Source: Flavobacterium sp. (lineage in GTDB: Bacteria; Bacteroidota; Bacteroidia; Flavobacteriales; Flavobacteriaceae). Taken from it: a DNA stretch of 46,392 bases. Under the pieces are notes generated by a model that had not been told where the DNA came from, did not search any database, and saw only the letters and a list, made by a program, of their open reading frames with translations. Positions 18,155 to 28,669 of this stretch are shown here, in pieces. The translations under genes were made by a program, and so were the position numbers. Numbering within the stretch: position 1 is the stretch's first letter; each line of letters starts with the position of its first letter. Location: assembly GCA_044237565.1 (NCBI GenBank), contig JBIIFA010000001.1, forward strand, positions 1 through 46,392, written 5' to 3'.

Positions 18155-19012
18155 ATGAAAGGAATAATATTAGCCGGAGGCTCAGGTACAAGATTACACC
18201 CATTGACACTTGCCGTGAGTAAACAATTGATGCCTATTTATGACAAACCAATGATTTATTATCCACTTTCATCATTGCTTTGGTCAGGAATTAGAGAAAT
18301 TTTAATCATTTCTACGCCGCATGATTTGCCTTTGTTCAGACAATTATTAGGAGACGGAAAACGTTTGGGTTGTCGATTTGAATATGCTGTTCAAGAACAT
18401 CCAAATGGTTTGGCAGAGGCTTTTATTATCGGAAAAGAATTCATCGGAAAAGATAAAGTCGCCTTAGTTTTAGGAGACAATATTTTTTACGGAACGGGAT
18501 TATCGGATTTGCTTCAAGCCAATAATAATCCTGATGGAGGAATTATTTATGCTTATCACGTGAATGATCCAGAACGATATGGAGTTGTGGATTTTGATTC
18601 TGAAGGAAATGTACTTTCAATTGAAGAAAAACCAGAACATCCAAAGTCAAACTTTGCGGTTCCCGGGATTTATTTTTATGACAACGACGTCGTTGAAATC
18701 GCAGCAAATATTAAACCAAGTCATCGCGGTGAAATTGAAATTACAGATGTAAATAAAGAATACCTTAGAAGAGGAAAATTAAAAGTTAGCATTCTTGACA
18801 GAGGAACCGCTTGGTTTGATACAGGAACGTTTAATTCCCTAATGCAAGCATCTCAATTTGTTCAAGTTATTGAAGAACGTCAAGGATTAAAAATCGGTTC
18901 TATTGAAGAAGCGGCCTATAAAATGGGCTTTATTAATGCTGAACAATTAAAAGCATTGGCGCAACCCTTATTAAAAAGTGGTTACGGTACACACTTGTTA
19001 GATATTTTATAA
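18155..19012 (+). CDS. rfbA: Glucose-1-phosphate thymidylyltransferase
   Basis: [35 protein letters not shown] and LGDNIFYG motifs. Confidence 0.97.
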   Translation: MKGIILAGGSGTRLHPLTLAVSKQLMPIYDKPMIYYPLSSLLWSGIREILIISTPHDLPLFRQLLGDGKRLGCRFEYAVQEHPNGLAEAFIIGKEFIGKDKVALVLGDNIFYGTGLSDLLQANNNPDGGIIYAYHVNDPERYGVVDFDSEGNVLSIEEKPEHPKSNFAVPGIYFYDNDVVEIAANIKPSHRGEIEITDVNKEYLRRGKLKVSILDRGTAWFDTGTFNSLMQASQFVQVIEERQGLKIGSIEEAAYKMGFINAEQLKALAQPLLKSGYGTHLLDIL

Positions 19013-19014
19013 AA

Positions 19015-19566
19015 ATGAATTTTACACCTACAAAATTAGAAGGCTGTTTTATAATTGAACCAAAAATAATCAAAGACGAAAGGGGTTATTTTATGGAAAG
19101 TTTTAATGAAAACACTTTTCAAAAAGGAATAGGGAAACCCGTTCATTTTGTTCAGGACAACCAATCTTTTTCTACAAAAGGAGTTTTGCGTGGATTACAT
19201 TACCAAACTAGAGAACACGCTCAAGCCAAATTAGTTCGGGTTTTGCAAGGCGAAGTTTTAGACGTTGTGGTTGACATTAGACCAAATTCTGAGACGTTTG
19301 GAGAATATGTTTCTGTTTTTCTTACAGGAGAAAATCAAATTCAATTTTTCGTCCCAAGAGGTTTTGCACACGGATTTTTAGTGTTGAGCGATACCGCAAC
19401 TTTTTTCTATAAATGTGATAATTTTTATAACAAAGAAAGCGAAGGCGGAATTATTTATAATGATCCATCCATTAATATTAATTGGCAATTCCCAACTGAT
19501 AATCTAATAATTTCAGAGAAAGATTTGATTTTGCCAACAATAGAAAATGCCAAAAAAGTATGGTAG
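19015..19566 (+). CDS. rfbC: dTDP-4-dehydrorhamnose 3,5-epimerase
   Basis: DERGYFMESF, GVLRGLHYQ and PRGFAHGF motifs. Confidence 0.97.
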   Translation: MNFTPTKLEGCFIIEPKIIKDERGYFMESFNENTFQKGIGKPVHFVQDNQSFSTKGVLRGLHYQTREHAQAKLVRVLQGEVLDVVVDIRPNSETFGEYVSVFLTGENQIQFFVPRGFAHGFLVLSDTATFFYKCDNFYNKESEGGIIYNDPSININWQFPTDNLIISEKDLILPTIENAKKVW

Positions 19567-20417
19567 TTTTAGTAACTGGAGCCAACGGACAATTGGGTCA
19601 AGCCATTCAGTTTGTTGCTGGAAATTATCCTAACATCAACTTTGTTTTTTGTTCTTCTTCGGATTTAGATATTACCAATAAAGAAAATTGCGATTCTATT
19701 TTTAATAAAGAAAAGCCCGATTTTTGTATAAATGCCGCTGCTTATACTGCCGTTGATAAAGCGGAATCAGAGCCAGAACAAGCACATTTAATAAATTGTA
19801 TTGGAGCAAAAAATTTAGCGGAAACCTGTAAAGAATTTAATGCAAAACTAATTCATATTTCTACAGATTTTGTTTTTGATGGTTCAAAAAATTCGCCTTA
19901 CAATGAAACTGATTTACCCAATCCGAAAGGAGTTTACGGACAAACAAAATTAGAGGGTGAAATAGCAATTCAAGAAGTGTTTGACGCTTATTTTATCATC
20001 AGAACGTCTTGGGTTTATTCGCAATTTGGAAATAACTTTATGAAAACAATGTTGCGATTGGCTTCCGAAAGAACGTCGCTGAGTGTTGTAAATGACCAAA
20101 TCGGAACGCCTACAAATGCGGTTGATTTAGCAAACGCTATTTTGAAAATAGCAATATCTTGTCATACTGAACTTGTTTCAGCATCTAGCTACGGCATTTA
20201 CAATTATAGTAACGAGGGGCAATGCAGTTGGTTTGATTTTGCAAAGAAAATACTTGAAATTAATCAAGTCAAAATTGATGTAATACCAATTCCAACAACA
20301 CAATTTCCAACACCTGCAGAAAGACCAAAATATAGCGTTTTAGACAAAGCCAAAATCAAATCTGCTTTTGGAATTGAAATAAAACCTTGGGAACAATCCA
20401 TAGAAATATATAAATAA
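19560..20417 (+). CDS. rfbD: dTDP-4-dehydrorhamnose reductase
   Basis: TGANGQLG, AAYTAVDKAE, STDFVFDG, YGQTK and DQIGTPT motifs. Confidence 0.96.
   Translation: MVVLVTGANGQLGQAIQFVAGNYPNINFVFCSSSDLDITNKENCDSIFNKEKPDFCINAAAYTAVDKAESEPEQAHLINCIGAKNLAETCKEFNAKLIHISTDFVFDGSKNSPYNETDLPNPKGVYGQTKLEGEIAIQEVFDAYFIIRTSWVYSQFGNNFMKTMLRLASERTSLSVVNDQIGTPTNAVDLANAILKIAISCHTELVSASSYGIYNYSNEGQCSWFDFAKKILEINQVKIDVIPIPTTQFPTPAERPKYSVLDKAKIKSAFGIEIKPWEQSIEIYK
20160..20186. repeat. REP-like palindrome inside rfbD (TGTCATACTGAACTTGTTTCAGCATCT)
   Basis: Stem ATACTGAA/TTCAGCAT with one mismatch; same core as 539-553; encodes CHTELVSAS. Confidence 0.7.
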
Positions 20418-20450
20418 AAACGGAGGAAACAATTACGAATCCCCCGTTTT
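20416..20450. terminator. Probable bidirectional terminator between rfbD and CotH copy 1
   Basis: AAAACGGAGGA...TCCCCCGTTTT imperfect inverted repeat between convergent stops. Confidence 0.6.
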
Positions 20451-20468
20451 AATCAATCTAGATGGCGT

Positions 20469-23400
20469 TTATTGTTTAATTATTCTGTGCGTTTCTTTTT
20501 TGCCATTGGACAATAATTGAAGAAAATAAACCCCTTTTGAGAATTCCCCTAAATCAATTTGAGCATTTTGCAAACGTTGATTTTTGATTAACTTTCCTTC
20601 CATTGTATAAATAGAATATGTGGCTGCATCTTTAATTCCTGTGATATTAATTACATCTGAAAAAGGATTTGGGAAGATTTTATACTTGGATATATTATCT
20701 TCGGTTACTTGCAACGGCAACTGAAGTCCATCAACAGCAACATTGTTAAAAGTTACTCTATTTCCAGTATCTAAAGTCATATCTGGCCCTGTAAATCGCA
20801 ACCGCACCTTGAAATTAGCATTGTCATTTGCAGATAAAATTTGCGTGAAATCTATTTGAAATAATTGATATGTACTTGAAAGCGACAAAGAAGTTGCAGA
20901 TAATCCCAACGTTTGCCAAACAGGCGTTCCTGAATTTGTTGCATAATCAACCGATAATCCGGTTACACCCGCAAGTTCATTCATCGCAGCAAAAGACAAA
21001 ATAATGTTTTTGAAACCCGAAGTTGAGATATTAAAAATCATCAAATTTTCAAGTGAACCGCTTTGAAACATTTGTTTGATTTGCAAACCTTTCATTAACG
21101 CTGCATCATACGGTAGATTACTGTTTGTTGATGGGCGATAATTGATATTTGTTGGGCTATTTCTTCTTTCCATCGAAGCTTTATTTCTGTTTGCGTTTCC
21201 AATAGGAAAAGGATAACCCACAAGACACGACTGGTATTGAATAGATGCTCCTGAACCAATTTGATAGGTCGAATTCAGGGTTTCTAATGGAACATTATTG
21301 GCTATAGCCCCATTCATATACCAAAAATAAATTGGTACACTTGCTTCGAAAGCGCTATCAGGAATAAAATGCGCAACAACAGAAAAATCAGCATTTGGAG
21401 TAATCGTAATTTCCGAATTGGTACTTGTTGAAGCGCCACTCCAATAACTGAAAACGAATCCAGGTTTTGCAATAGCCGTTAATCTCACTGGAATTCCATT
21501 GAAATATATACCTGTCCAAGGATATGGATTTCCAATAATCCCAGGTGTTCCATCAATAATTTCAATAGTATTCATCTTTATATAACCATGATTTGTATTG
21601 GAAACATTTAAATTGGCATTTATATTTGCAGTAATCCCAAATTTCAAACGAATATGATCTCTTTGAAACGCTGGCCTTGCAGCAGCAAAATCTTTTTCTC
21701 GATTGAGGTATATTTCCCAATCCGTTAAATTTGATGGTACGCTCCATCGAGAAATTTCTTCAGGCATTTCAGGTGCAATCACGGTTTTTAATTCGTCAAT
21801 TTTAGAAATAATTCTAGAAGATAGAAACGAGGTATTCATCAAATCGGCAAATCGGTTGATAAAGTCAATTTTAAAAGTATCGTTTTCTAATAATTTTCTT
21901 AGAATCAATGTAGACCAATCTGGATTTACATCGGTGGTATTAATTGATGTTGCAATTGCCAATGAATCTCCATTAAAATCATTCGTTCCAAACGAAAATG
22001 AAGCGTCCATATCGTGCAATAGCCATCGCCATCTACCGTCCAATCCGTAAGCAGCATTTGGTTCATACGAACTCGTTCTATTTCTCCAATATTGCACATT
22101 GTTATTAGGAAAATCAGCATTTTGAAAAAAGATATTAGCGATGAAAAAATCACTAAAACTTTCAGGATCAAGCAGTGTTTTTATATAATTATAATTGGAC
22201 TCCGAAGCCACAGAATTTGACTCTAAATAATTTGTCATTGCAGTATAATGAACATCATCTCCTTCTTTTATATCCGCACTATTTTCTAATAAATCAACCG
22301 AATTAGTGTTGTAAACCCGTTGGAAATAATTGTTATCATAGCGTTCTCTTATATTTAATATTCCGAAATATTCTCCATTTACAAAAGAAATTGTTGGCTG
22401 ATATGCTTCCGATTCTACGTTCAATGATTTACATAATGAATGCGCCATTGCGTCTCTAAATTTAGTGTGACGGAAATCCCATCCAGAGTTGGAAAGCGTT
22501 AATCTGTCGTAACTTGTATAAGGCAAATCTGGAAAAAAATTATAATCCATTGTTCCATCGCCATATTCAGATCGTGCATAAACAGTTAATGACTTTTTTT
22601 CGTACCTTCTGGTAGAACCGCCACGGATTTTTAAACCAATATCTTGATTAATTACTTCGGAACCATTAACAAAATAGCACATATTTCCGATTCTTTCATC
22701 ATTTTCCTCCCAATAATAATTACCAGCCTTACTTGATCTTGACACTCCGTTTGGGTTTGCAATTCGCCAATCATCAAAGACTTTCCCAGCCACATATATT
22801 CCGTTTTCATAGCCATAAAAACGGTCTTCATTGATGCTTAATGAAATGACGGGCAATGAAAATCTAGCGCTTCCTTGAGGTGTAATAAAATAATTTTTAG
22901 TGCTAATTTTACTGCTGATAAAACCAGGTTTCACAACTTTTGCCCTTACAATTGTTCCTTTAAAAACTGGGTTATCAGGAATATAAAAGGAAGGGTCATA
23001 ATCATACGTTGAAGAAATTGCCGAGACTTTATTGGGCTGGGAACTTCTATCGGTGATGTTAATTGGATTGGTATATTGATACGTTTGAAAACTATTATTT
23101 AAAAGCTCCCCGAAGTGCTGCTCTGGCAATTCAGGATATTGATTTTTATAGGTATAAGTTGTTCCGTTCAAATTATTTTCGGTTGGTTCCGAGCCGTCAA
23201 ACGTATAAAATATAGTCGAATCGGCATCTGTTGATGAAACTATTAAATCAAAATCAGAAGTATAAAAACCTCCGTTTTGTGAAAATTCAGGTGGATTTAA
23301 TACCCCAGAAAATCCTTGAGAGGAGTTTTCGGCTGCGGGTGTAATTGTTTGAAAAAAAACGAAATTTCCAGTTCCATTCGGACTTCTACCATAGGAAATG

Positions 23401-23813
23401 TCTGTTGGAATTATTGTTGCAGGAACCACGTCTAAAACGTTTCCCAAGGAATTACTCAAAGTGATGCTTTCTCCAGAAGAACTAATTTTATAATTAGTAT
23501 GCAAAGGGTTTCCAGGCGTTGTTCTATTTTTGTCGGATGCCCAAATTAAAAGATATTGACCAGCTCCAATTGTAACATTTGGAAAGACCCATTTATTCAA
23601 AATAGCCGTATCGTCTGATAATCCAAAACCAGATAAATTTATGGCAACACTTCCTTTATTAAATAATTCTATCCAATCTTGTGGCGTTCCATCTTCATCG
23701 GTGTTGGAAGCGATATTGGAAGTTAAAATCTCATTAATAACTAAATTTTGTGCTAATACAGGCTGTGTGTATAGAAATATTGAAAAGAAAATTAGCGTGA
23801 ATGTATTTTTCAT
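20469..23813 (-). CDS. T9SS-secreted CotH kinase family protein (LTD + FN3/CHB_HEX-like + CotH + Ig-like repeat + T9SS type A CTD), copy 1
   Basis: LVINEI...DWIELFN (lamin tail domain), YTFDGSEP, LKIRGGSTR, FVNGEYFG, HDMD, and C-terminal IFPNPFSD...SKGVYFLQ...RIIK. Confidence 0.88.
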   Translation of the reverse strand: MKNTFTLIFFSIFLYTQPVLAQNLVINEILTSNIASNTDEDGTPQDWIELFNKGSVAINLSGFGLSDDTAILNKWVFPNVTIGAGQYLLIWASDKNRTTPGNPLHTNYKISSSGESITLSNSLGNVLDVVPATIIPTDISYGRSPNGTGNFVFFQTITPAAENSSQGFSGVLNPPEFSQNGGFYTSDFDLIVSSTDADSTIFYTFDGSEPTENNLNGTTYTYKNQYPELPEQHFGELLNNSFQTYQYTNPINITDRSSQPNKVSAISSTYDYDPSFYIPDNPVFKGTIVRAKVVKPGFISSKISTKNYFITPQGSARFSLPVISLSINEDRFYGYENGIYVAGKVFDDWRIANPNGVSRSSKAGNYYWEENDERIGNMCYFVNGSEVINQDIGLKIRGGSTRRYEKKSLTVYARSEYGDGTMDYNFFPDLPYTSYDRLTLSNSGWDFRHTKFRDAMAHSLCKSLNVESEAYQPTISFVNGEYFGILNIRERYDNNYFQRVYNTNSVDLLENSADIKEGDDVHYTAMTNYLESNSVASESNYNYIKTLLDPESFSDFFIANIFFQNADFPNNNVQYWRNRTSSYEPNAAYGLDGRWRWLLHDMDASFSFGTNDFNGDSLAIATSINTTDVNPDWSTLILRKLLENDTFKIDFINRFADLMNTSFLSSRIISKIDELKTVIAPEMPEEISRWSVPSNLTDWEIYLNREKDFAAARPAFQRDHIRLKFGITANINANLNVSNTNHGYIKMNTIEIIDGTPGIIGNPYPWTGIYFNGIPVRLTAIAKPGFVFSYWSGASTSTNSEITITPNADFSVVAHFIPDSAFEASVPIYFWYMNGAIANNVPLETLNSTYQIGSGASIQYQSCLVGYPFPIGNANRNKASMERRNSPTNINYRPSTNSNLPYDAALMKGLQIKQMFQSGSLENLMIFNISTSGFKNIILSFAAMNELAGVTGLSVDYATNSGTPVWQTLGLSATSLSLSSTYQLFQIDFTQILSANDNANFKVRLRFTGPDMTLDTGNRVTFNNVAVDGLQLPLQVTEDNISKYKIFPNPFSDVINITGIKDAATYSIYTMEGKLIKNQRLQNAQIDLGEFSKGVYFLQLLSNGKKETHRIIKQ

Positions 23814-23909
23814 TTGTAGTTGACTTTTAGATTAGTAGTTTATTTATTGATAAGAGATAGATTTTATTTCGCTTCAAAAAAAAACAATTATTTCTAAAGT
23901 TTTAAAAAC

Positions 23910-23947
23910 AAAAAACGAAGGAAACGATTGTTGAACCTCCGTTTTTT
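23910..23947 (-). terminator. Probable terminator of CotH copy 2
   Basis: AAAAAACGAAGG...CCTCCGTTTTTT, homologous to 20416-20450. Confidence 0.55.
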
Positions 23948-23964
23948 GATATTTTTAATGGCTT

Positions 23965-26900
23965 TTAATTCTTAATGATTTTCTGCGTTTCTTTTTTTCC
24001 TTCGGATGCTATTTGAAGTAAATACATTCCTTTTGATAAATCACTTAAATGGATTTGAGCATTTTGGATTATACCTTTTTTTAATAATTTACCATCAATT
24101 GTATAAATTGTATATTCTGAATAATTGTTTATCCCGACGATATTGATAACATCTGAAAATGGATTTGGATAGCTTTTGAATCTCGCAGCATAATTATCAT
24201 CCACTATCAAAGGAAGTTGAACTCCATCTACAGAAATATTGTTGAAAGTGACTCTATTTCCTGCATCCAAAGTTAAATCGGTACCTGTAAATCGCAAACG
24301 AATTTTAAAATCGGCATTGTTATTTGCGGAAGCAATTGCGGAACAATCTATTTGAAGCAATTGATAGGCACTAAAAAGCGGTAACGATGTTGCTGATAAT
24401 CCAGCTGTTAGCCAGATGGGAGTTCCAGAATTTACAGAATAATCTACGGAAATTCCGTTTATTCCCGCCAATTCATTGATAGCTGCAAATGATAGTTTTA
24501 TGTTTTTGAAACCCGTTGTTGACAAATTGAAAATCATTAAGTTTTCGAGTCCGCCGTTTTGAAAAAACTGTTTTATTTGCAAGCCTTTCATCAACGCTAC
24601 ATTATAGGGAAGATTATTGTTTGCCACAGGATTATAATTGATGTTCGTTGGACTGTTTCTTCTTTCCATTGAAGCCTTATTTCTGTTGATATTTCCAACA
24701 GGAAAAGGGTATCCCGCAAGGCAAGATTGAAATTGGATGGAAGCATTTGTTCCCAAACTATAGGTTGAATTTAGTGTTTCTAATGGAACATTATTTGCAA
24801 TAAGTCCGTCCATATACCAGTAATATATCGGTATACTGATTTCATAAGTAGCATCCGGAATAAAGTTGGCAGTAATTGAATAATCAGCCGTTGGTGTAAC
24901 TGTAATTTCTGGATTTGTGCTTATTGAAGCGCCACTCCAACCACTAAAAACAAATCCAGGCTTAGCAATAGCTTTTAATTTTACTGGAATCCCATTAAAA
25001 TATACTCCAGTCCAAGGATATGGATTACTCACAATTCCTGGCGTTCCTTCTGAAATTACTACCGAGTTCATTTTGATAAATCCGTGATTTGTATTGGAAA
25101 CATTCAAAGTTGCATTTATATTTGATGTAATTCCAAATTGCAAACGAATATGATCTCTTTGAATTGCAGGTCTTGCATTCGCAAAATTAGTTTGAGTAGT
25201 TATAAAATAATTCCAATCTTCAATATCAATTGGCTCAGCCCATCTTGCAGATTGTTCAGGAACTTCTGGTTCAAGAACTGCTTTCATTTCGTTCATTTTA
25301 GTAATAATTCTTGAAGATAAAAAGGAAGTATTCAACAAGTCGGCAAAACGATTTACAAAATCAATTTTAAAATCGTTATTTTCCAGCATTTTACGTAACA
25401 ATAATGTTGACCAATCAGGATTTGGATAATTTATCCCGTTTGGAGCCGTTGCCATAGCAAGAGTATTAGTGTCAAAATTTGGATTAGAAATAGAAAAAGT
25501 ATCGTCCATATCGTGAGCCAACCATCTCCATCTTCCGTCATTTCCGTAAGGCGCATTAGGTTCATAATTTGCTGTTTTTTTTCTCCAATATAGAATATTG
25601 TTCATCGGCCAATCTCCATTTCCAAAGAAAATATTAGAAATAAAATAGTCACTAAAATTTTCTGGATCAAGCCGTGTTTTTATATAATCATAATTGGAAG
25701 GTATTGCTAAAGAGTTATTGGTAACGTAATTTATCATATCTAAATAATTAGAATTATCACCACCTTCAATAATAATATATTTTTCTTCAAGCAGTTCAAT
25801 TTCTGATGTTGGAATATTGAAAACCCTTTTGAAATACTGACTGTCAATTTTATCTCTAGCACTTAAAATTCCCCAATATTCACCATTTATAAAAGTAATA
25901 ACGGGCTGATATCCTTTTGTAACTACATTTAACGACTTCATTAATTCTTGGCAAAGCGCATCTCGAAACATCGTTTGATCAAAATCATTTCCTGAATTAT
26001 GAAGCACCAAATCGGAATAACTATCAAATGGTTTGTCGTTAAAAAAAGGATAACTCAAAGAATTATCGCCATAAATCGTTTTGGCACTAATGTTGAATGA
26101 TTTATTTTGAGCAACTCTTGACGAACCTCCATGAATGCGAATACCGATATTTTGATTGAGAACATTTGTTCCATTTACAAAATAATTCATGTTGGCTATT
26201 CTTTCATTAGCAATACCTTTTCGGAAAAAATTTGCGGTAGCACCACTTGTTGGAGGCTCTAAAGTTGGATTTGCAGTTCTCCAAGTATCAAAGTCAACTC
26301 CTGCAACTAGAATTCCATCATTATAATCAAATAATTTATTTTCTGGGATACTTAAAGACATTACGGGTAGCGTAAAGCGGTTGTTTCCTTGTGGGGAAAT
26401 AAAATAGTTTTTAGTTTCAATTGCACTTGACAAAGCCCCTGGTTTTATCAATTTGGCTCTTACAACAGTTCCTTTAAAAATTGGATTTGATGGAATATAC
26501 GTTGGATCAAAACTATATGTAGTTGAAATAGTTGCTATTTTATTGGCAACAGCCGACCGATCAATAATTGGAATTGGTGCCGAATATTGCAAGGTTTGAT
26601 AACTTTTTTGTAATAATGGACCCGATAAATTACCTGGAAATTCGGGATACTGATTTTTATAATTATAAGTTGTTCCGCTTAGATTATTTTCATCAGGATC
26701 TGAGCCGTCAAGCGTATATAAAACCGTAGTTCCAGGAATGGTTGAGCTTAAAGTCAAATCGAAACCAGCTGTAAAAAAGCCACTGTTTTGAGAGAATGTT
26801 GGTGGCGTTAACAATTCAGAATAACCAACAGTGGAATTCACAGTATTTGGTGTTATGGCTTGAAAAAACACAAACGCACCAGAGCCATTAGGCAATCTTC

Positions 26901-27321
26901 CATAAGAAATATCAGATTGCATTGGAATAGAAGGAACCGTATCTACTGTGGTTCCAGCTGGATTTGTCAATAATACAGTATTTCCAGCCATTGACAATTT
27001 AAAATTAGTGTGTAGCGGACTTCCAGCAACAGTTCGGTTTTTATCGGAAGCCCAAACTAATAAATACTCGCCAGGTGCAATAGAAATGCTAGGAAAAGTC
27101 CATTTATACAGAATTGTTGCATCATCGGAAAGTCCATAACCCGATAAATTTTCGATAGTTGCCCCGTTATTGTACAACTCTATCCAATCTTGATAGGAAC
27201 CGTCTTCATCCATATTGGAAAAAGAATTTGAAGATAATATTTCATTGATTACAATGTTTTGACTTAAAACGGAATTTGTAACTGCAAGAAAAAGCAAAAG
27301 GTTAAATAAATTTCTCATCAT
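23965..27321 (-). CDS. T9SS-secreted CotH kinase family protein, copy 2 (paralog of 20469..23813)
   Basis: Same architecture, collinear along the full length; IRIHGGSSR, FINGEYWG, HDMD and YPNPFSD...KIIKN. Confidence 0.88.
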   Translation of the reverse strand: MMRNLFNLLLFLAVTNSVLSQNIVINEILSSNSFSNMDEDGSYQDWIELYNNGATIENLSGYGLSDDATILYKWTFPSISIAPGEYLLVWASDKNRTVAGSPLHTNFKLSMAGNTVLLTNPAGTTVDTVPSIPMQSDISYGRLPNGSGAFVFFQAITPNTVNSTVGYSELLTPPTFSQNSGFFTAGFDLTLSSTIPGTTVLYTLDGSDPDENNLSGTTYNYKNQYPEFPGNLSGPLLQKSYQTLQYSAPIPIIDRSAVANKIATISTTYSFDPTYIPSNPIFKGTVVRAKLIKPGALSSAIETKNYFISPQGNNRFTLPVMSLSIPENKLFDYNDGILVAGVDFDTWRTANPTLEPPTSGATANFFRKGIANERIANMNYFVNGTNVLNQNIGIRIHGGSSRVAQNKSFNISAKTIYGDNSLSYPFFNDKPFDSYSDLVLHNSGNDFDQTMFRDALCQELMKSLNVVTKGYQPVITFINGEYWGILSARDKIDSQYFKRVFNIPTSEIELLEEKYIIIEGGDNSNYLDMINYVTNNSLAIPSNYDYIKTRLDPENFSDYFISNIFFGNGDWPMNNILYWRKKTANYEPNAPYGNDGRWRWLAHDMDDTFSISNPNFDTNTLAMATAPNGINYPNPDWSTLLLRKMLENNDFKIDFVNRFADLLNTSFLSSRIITKMNEMKAVLEPEVPEQSARWAEPIDIEDWNYFITTQTNFANARPAIQRDHIRLQFGITSNINATLNVSNTNHGFIKMNSVVISEGTPGIVSNPYPWTGVYFNGIPVKLKAIAKPGFVFSGWSGASISTNPEITVTPTADYSITANFIPDATYEISIPIYYWYMDGLIANNVPLETLNSTYSLGTNASIQFQSCLAGYPFPVGNINRNKASMERRNSPTNINYNPVANNNLPYNVALMKGLQIKQFFQNGGLENLMIFNLSTTGFKNIKLSFAAINELAGINGISVDYSVNSGTPIWLTAGLSATSLPLFSAYQLLQIDCSAIASANNNADFKIRLRFTGTDLTLDAGNRVTFNNISVDGVQLPLIVDDNYAARFKSYPNPFSDVINIVGINNYSEYTIYTIDGKLLKKGIIQNAQIHLSDLSKGMYLLQIASEGKKETQKIIKN

Positions 27322-27602
27322 TATATAATGTGTTGATTAATAATTAGATGAAAATTATGACAATAAAATAAAAAGATTTTTTTTAGTCGGCATTCAGCAT
27401 TTATTTTCTTTAAAATGCAGAAAAAATTAATAATTAGAATAGAAATAGTACGAACTTTTTTCGGACTTAAAAAGCGGAATAAAAAATAAGTACACTTATC
27501 CAATATTTTGAGTATTTCATCGTTTATTAAATTAATTTTATTAGATTTACAGAATAAATACTCGATTTTTCTAGTTAATAATAATAACTGAATAACAAAT
27601 AA

Positions 27603-28667
27603 ATGTCAAGAATAGTAGTAACGGGTGGCGCAGGATTTGTGGGTTCAACCCTTTGTATGAAATTAAAACAGAAGTATCCAAATTATTCAGTTATTGCATT
27701 TGACAATTTAAAAAGACGTGGTTCCGAATTAAATTTATTAGACTTCCAAAAATCAGGAATCCCATTTATTCACGGAGATATTCGTAATTCAGAGGACATA
27801 ATTGCCCTTGGAGAATTTGATATTTTAATTGAAGCCTCCGCAGAACCATCAGTCACTGCTGGGCTTGATTCGGATCCTACTTATGTAATTAACAACAATC
27901 TTTACGGATCTATAAACTGTTTTAATGCTTGTTTAAAAAATAAAGCGAAATTAATTTTCCTATCAACAAGTAGGGTTTATCCAATAGAAATTATTGAAAA
28001 AGCGAATTTTATAGAGGAACCAACTCGCTTTTCTTTTGATGAAAATCAAACGGATTTAGGCATTTCAAAAAGCGGAATTTCTGAAAAACTAAGCCTTAAC
28101 GGAGCACGTTCATTTTATGGAACTACAAAACTGTCTTCAGAGATGTTCATTCAAGAATATTCTACTTTCTATGGTTTGAAAGCTGCAATTACAAGATTTG
28201 GCGTTATTGCGGGACCAAGACAAATGGGGAAAACCGATCAAGGTGTTGTTACGCTTTGGATGGCAAAACATTTCTGGAAACAATCCCTAAAATATATTGG
28301 CTATGGAGGTACTGGAAAACAGGTTCGCGATATACTTCATGTCGATGATTTAGTAGATTTAATAGATTTGCAAATTCACCAAATAGAAAAATTTGAAGGC
28401 AAAATTTATAACGTGGGTGGCGGATTAGAAAATAGCGCCTCCTTATTAGAAATGACGGCTATTTGTGAAAAAATCACAGGAAATAAAATCACGATTGGTT
28501 CTGAAACCGAAACTAGATCAGCCGATTTACGGATGTATGTAACAGATAATGCTTTGATAGAAAAAGAAATAGGATGGAAACCAACTAGAAATGTAGAACA
28601 AGTTTTTACAGATATTTTTCATTGGATTAAAAATAATGAGAAACAATTAGAATCAATATTAAAATAA
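27603..28667 (+). CDS. NAD-dependent epimerase/dehydratase (CDP-paratose 2-epimerase/RfbE-like)
   Basis: GGAGFVG, YGTTK (YxxxK), DQG and GTGKQVRDILHVDD motifs. Confidence 0.85.
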   Translation: MSRIVVTGGAGFVGSTLCMKLKQKYPNYSVIAFDNLKRRGSELNLLDFQKSGIPFIHGDIRNSEDIIALGEFDILIEASAEPSVTAGLDSDPTYVINNNLYGSINCFNACLKNKAKLIFLSTSRVYPIEIIEKANFIEEPTRFSFDENQTDLGISKSGISEKLSLNGARSFYGTTKLSSEMFIQEYSTFYGLKAAITRFGVIAGPRQMGKTDQGVVTLWMAKHFWKQSLKYIGYGGTGKQVRDILHVDDLVDLIDLQIHQIEKFEGKIYNVGGGLENSASLLEMTAICEKITGNKITIGSETETRSADLRMYVTDNALIEKEIGWKPTRNVEQVFTDIFHWIKNNEKQLESILK

Positions 28668-28669
28668 AT

